A stretch of DNA of 64,000 nucleotides from an uncultured virus (IMG/VR IMGVR_UViG_3300017990_000011). Its lineage: Duplodnaviria > Heunggongvirae > Uroviricota > Caudoviricetes. A program made the position numbers and the translations under genes. Position 1 is the stretch's first letter. Each line of letters opens with the position of its first letter. Under the pieces are notes generated by a model. The model saw only the letters and a list, made by a program, of their open reading frames with translations, had not been told where the DNA came from and did no database searches. The stretch lies in IMG/VR virus record IMGVR_UViG_3300017990_000011. One strand, given 5' to 3'. Positions 60,673 to 64,000 of this stretch are shown piece by piece.

Positions 60673-61596
60673 ATGGCAAAGAAAGTTTTCAGCATTGGTA
60701 CAGATCCTGAATTCTTCCTGGCAGAGAATGAAACCGGCCAGTTGAGGTCTGCTATACCACATATCAATGGGACAAAGGAAGAGCCGGCACCGTTACCAAA
60801 CGGTGGCAACATCCAACGCGACAATGTCGCTGTGGAATTTGCTACAGATCCGGCTGTAGGGCGAGATGACTTCGTCGGCAAGGTACAACAAACATTCAGG
60901 GATGTATTGGGAGCTATTCCTAAGGGACACAAGCTGGCTGCACTACCATCAGCTCAGTTCGATCCCGCAGAGTTGGATCACCCTGAAGCCAAACGTTTCG
61001 GCTGTGACCCTGACTATGATGCATGGAAAATGCAGGAAAATGAGGCACCATGTATAGATGATAAATGTTTCAGAAGTTGTGGTGCTCATATCCATGTTGG
61101 ATGTGAAGAGGGTTCTGGCAATGAATTTCTTCTGGATTTTCCAGGTAAGGTAGCAATGGTGAAGACTATGGATTGTATGCATGGTCTCTTGTCCACTATT
61201 TTGGACAATTCTGAAGAAGCTATTGCCAGAAGAAAACTATATGGCAAAGCTGGTTCACATCGACCTAAGGAATATGGTGTTGAGTACCGTGTTCTTAGCA
61301 ACTATTGGCTAAAAAGTCCCGTGACAGTCATGTTAATGTACTGTTTAACTAAAGATGCTTTGAAAGTTGTTCGGGATGGTAAAGATGAAGAATTGATTGG
61401 GGCTGTCGGCGAGAATGAGATTCAGAATATCATTAACAATGGTCTGTCTGATGAAGCTACAAAGGTCATGGAAAAACATGTGATGCCCCACTTAAGTGAG
61501 GATTCTGTCCATTACTTCAATGAGGCACTGGCAAAGATCAAGAACGATGACATGCACTTAACAAAAGAATGGGAATTGGAGGAGACTAAACCATGA
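60673..61596 (+). CDS. phiEco32-like COOH-NH2 ligase type 2
   Basis: IGTDPEFFL; GTKEEP; QRDNVAVEF; FGCDPD; RSCGAHIHVG; RRKLYGKAG.HRPKEYGVEYRVLSNYW. Confidence 0.88.
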   Translation: MAKKVFSIGTDPEFFLAENETGQLRSAIPHINGTKEEPAPLPNGGNIQRDNVAVEFATDPAVGRDDFVGKVQQTFRDVLGAIPKGHKLAALPSAQFDPAELDHPEAKRFGCDPDYDAWKMQENEAPCIDDKCFRSCGAHIHVGCEEGSGNEFLLDFPGKVAMVKTMDCMHGLLSTILDNSEEAIARRKLYGKAGSHRPKEYGVEYRVLSNYWLKSPVTVMLMYCLTKDALKVVRDGKDEELIGAVGENEIQNIINNGLSDEATKVMEKHVMPHLSEDSVHYFNEALAKIKNDDMHLTKEWELEETKP

Positions 61597-62393
61597 AAAA
61601 GATTTGTTTGCCCGCGAGTAAAAGTAAAACGCAGTACTTCGTCAATCAGGCTTATGCCAAATATGTTATCGAGGCCGGTTATATGCCAATCATTACCACA
61701 CCAGAAAACGTGGTAGATGCATCAAAATTCTGCGATGGCCTATTACTGCCTGGCGGAATTGATATCGATCCCATATATTATGGTGAAGACAACATCGCGT
61801 CTTATTCAACCGATCCTGATAAAGATGAGTTCGAGCGTTCCTTGCTACACGAATTCGTAGCCATGAAGAAACCAGTTTTCGGTATCTGCCGTGGTTTCCA
61901 ACTAATTATTCGTGAATTCCTAATGTCCATGAAAGAGGATGCATTTAATGACTGGTTTACTTTCTATCAGAATGTATCATCCCACAGTCAGACAAATGGA
62001 TTGAGCCTTGTTCGTGATATTCCAAGTCACTTCGTTGACGCGAATGTGATGGGTTTGTACGGAAGATCTGGAAAGAAGATACGAAGAATCCCAGTAAACA
62101 GCATGCATCACCAGTGTCTTGCCTTGAGTACACAAGGAAAGGCACCAAGTGTCTTGAAGAAAGATCTTGATGTCTTGGCGTGGACGGAGCGTGGGTTCGA
62201 CAAGAAAGACAAAGAGGTAATGATTGAGGCATTTGCGATCAAAACCTGGCCGAGCAGGATTCTTGCGGTTCAATGGCATCCTGAAGAGCTGAACGATACA
62301 GCTCTGTTGAGAGGCTTTTTCTCACCAAAGAGGGCTAAAGATGACAACGAACACGAGCAGAAGGCTGTGGCAGGTCAAGGTAGCGCTTCATAA
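61593..62393 (+). CDS. class I glutamine amidotransferase, peptidase C26 (gamma-glutamyl hydrolase / PuuD-like)
   Basis: GLLLPGGIDIDP; PVFGICRGFQ; VNSMHHQ; VQWHPE. Confidence 0.9.
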   Translation: MKKICLPASKSKTQYFVNQAYAKYVIEAGYMPIITTPENVVDASKFCDGLLLPGGIDIDPIYYGEDNIASYSTDPDKDEFERSLLHEFVAMKKPVFGICRGFQLIIREFLMSMKEDAFNDWFTFYQNVSSHSQTNGLSLVRDIPSHFVDANVMGLYGRSGKKIRRIPVNSMHHQCLALSTQGKAPSVLKKDLDVLAWTERGFDKKDKEVMIEAFAIKTWPSRILAVQWHPEELNDTALLRGFFSPKRAKDDNEHEQKAVAGQGSAS

Positions 62394-62585
62394 AGGCAGC
62401 ACCTCGTCTATGTCTTTTTCAATCAGGCAGCTGTCGAAATTCATTAAATCATATAAAAAGCACTACAATGATAAGACGAAACGCTCTTATCTTGAATGGG
62501 TAATGTTGGCTGCCAGTGAAGTAGCAAAACAAACTTTTCCTGAAGAGGAAATAACATCCATAACTATAAACGATAAGGTCAAACA

Positions 62586-63572
62586 ATGTTTAAAGTAGGA
62601 TATAAAAAGGAGATTTTAAACGTTGACTGGGTCAGCGAAATTATAATTGAACGGTTTGATGCTGCATTCGAATTATTAACTGACAATGCTGTCATATATG
62701 GCGGTGCTGTCAGAGATGCTCTTGCTGGCAAACCATTGGTCGGAGACCTTGACATATCAGCGGCGCCTAGAGAGTTCGAAAATATACATCAATCCTTTAT
62801 CCGCAGCGCCAGATGGAAACAAGTACAAAAGATGCCAGGTGTTCCTCAAAAAACTGATAGGTATGGAAAGAGAAAGATGCCTATCAATAATGTTGTGGAA
62901 TTTGAAGGCATCAATGGCGCTTGTGCTCAACTAATCTGTTCGTCTGATCATAAATCCTCTAGAAAAGAGGCAACCCTTCACGTTCCGCGAAATGTAGACA
63001 TAATATGCTGTGGTGTTATTATAGACATCAACGGCAGAGTCTATGAGGTAGTGGAAGGCGCACATGATGATTGTTTGAAAGGTATCCTTAGACTTAATAA
63101 GGATATGGATCATCCACATCTTGAATCATTACTACAAAGAGCGGCTAAACTTGAGAAAAGAGGTTGGGTAAACAAGCTTGATCTCAAAGAGGCGAAGAGG
63201 TTGGAGCGTAAAAAGAAACCTAAAAGTGCTCGGCTAAAAAAAGCCAAGTCGGCATCTTCTGCCAAGTCCAAAGGTAAGATCAAGATCACTGGTGATCTAA
63301 GCACAGCAGAAGAAAGGGTAGTGGCCGCAACCCCAGTACAAACGTGGCCGGAGCCAACTGATCCTGTGCCTGAACATTATGTTCCAGGAGAGAAAAGAGG
63401 TGAGTGGGTGAAGGGTGCAAACTATGGTAGAATATCTTCTGATGTTATTCCTTCCGAGGAGTTTCGTAGAAAATATATGATATCCGACGATGATGAGGAT
63501 GGTTCAGAAGCTAAGAAAGAACGTCTCCGTGAGATGTATGGAGCAAAACCTAGAAAGTGGAGGGAAATGTAA
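62586..63572 (+). CDS. nucleotidyltransferase (class II CCA-adding / poly(A) polymerase head-like)
   Basis: IYGGAVRDALAG...DLDI. Confidence 0.65.
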   Translation: MFKVGYKKEILNVDWVSEIIIERFDAAFELLTDNAVIYGGAVRDALAGKPLVGDLDISAAPREFENIHQSFIRSARWKQVQKMPGVPQKTDRYGKRKMPINNVVEFEGINGACAQLICSSDHKSSRKEATLHVPRNVDIICCGVIIDINGRVYEVVEGAHDDCLKGILRLNKDMDHPHLESLLQRAAKLEKRGWVNKLDLKEAKRLERKKKPKSARLKKAKSASSAKSKGKIKITGDLSTAEERVVAATPVQTWPEPTDPVPEHYVPGEKRGEWVKGANYGRISSDVIPSEEFRRKYMISDDDEDGSEAKKERLREMYGAKPRKWREM

Positions 63573-63956
63573 ATGGCAAAGATTAACAAAGTGTTTGTAT
63601 ATGGAACACTAAAAGAGGGCGGTCATTTCGCACAAGGATTTGATAAAGTCCGTGTAAGCACCATGAAAGCCACCATGGTTGGTAAATTGATGGATGTAAA
63701 TGGTTTTTATCCTGGCCTGGTGGAAGGCGATGGTGTTGTACATGGTGAAGTCCATGAATATAAACACATGGATGATGTCATCAGTGCCATGGATTCTATT
63801 GAAGGGTACGTCAGACACAACCCAGACCGTAGTCTTTATAAACGTAAGGTGGTAAAGGCGGAGACTGAGGATGGTGAGGTTGAGGTCTTTGCATATTTCT
63901 TCAATCAACCAACAGAGGGGCTCAAGGAAGTTAAAAACGGAGTATGGGAAATATAA
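63573..63956 (+). CDS. gamma-glutamylcyclotransferase (AIG2-like)
   Basis: VFVYGTLKEG; YPGL; VHGEV; MDSIEG; LYKRK. Confidence 0.9.
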   Translation: MAKINKVFVYGTLKEGGHFAQGFDKVRVSTMKATMVGKLMDVNGFYPGLVEGDGVVHGEVHEYKHMDDVISAMDSIEGYVRHNPDRSLYKRKVVKAETEDGEVEVFAYFFNQPTEGLKEVKNGVWEI

Positions 63957-63965
63957 GGAGGCGAG

Positions 63966-64000
63966 ATGAAAATTCTGGCAGTAGTTACAAATACAGGTGC
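63966..64000 (+). CDS. partial CDS truncated by window end
   Basis: SD AAGGAGG then MKILAVVTNTG. Confidence 0.5.
   Translation, partial: MKILAVVTNTG

Overview
A 64-kb segment of a large tailed dsDNA bacteriophage genome. Almost all genes are on the + strand, densely packed, with strong Shine-Dalgarno sites and many small orphan ORFs. No capsid, tail, terminase or polymerase genes are recognisable in this window. A PxxKW-like Cys-rich gene hints at a Desulfobacterota host (inference). Recognisable content: an SSB-like protein; a ribbon-helix-helix gene next to an iteron-like GTATTACAT array; SLOG/DUF1273, SAM methyltransferase, NADAR, macrodomain and LemA-like genes; two peptide deformylase homologues; YcaO; two metallophosphoesterases; nine dispersed tRNA genes; three free-standing endonucleases; an NAD salvage cluster (pnuC, nadR, pncA, pncB); a lytic transglycosylase; an Rnl1-like ligase fold; and a phiEco32-like amidoligase cluster (COOH-NH2 ligase, C26 glutamine amidotransferase, GGCT). 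The most striking unexplained signals are: (1) seven mutually unrelated proteins end in the same peptide G-[RK]-C-[KV]-S-I-W-stop, encoded with many synonymous codons, plus 37-nt cassettes carrying extra copies of it; (2) two DIP1984-like helical protein genes are each followed immediately by a 170-200 nt multibranch RNA closed by a 14-15 bp stem; (3) a tandem array of nine diverged zinc-ribbon paralogues; (4) several apparent pseudo-enzymes. All family assignments come from motif recognition by eye; no searches were run.
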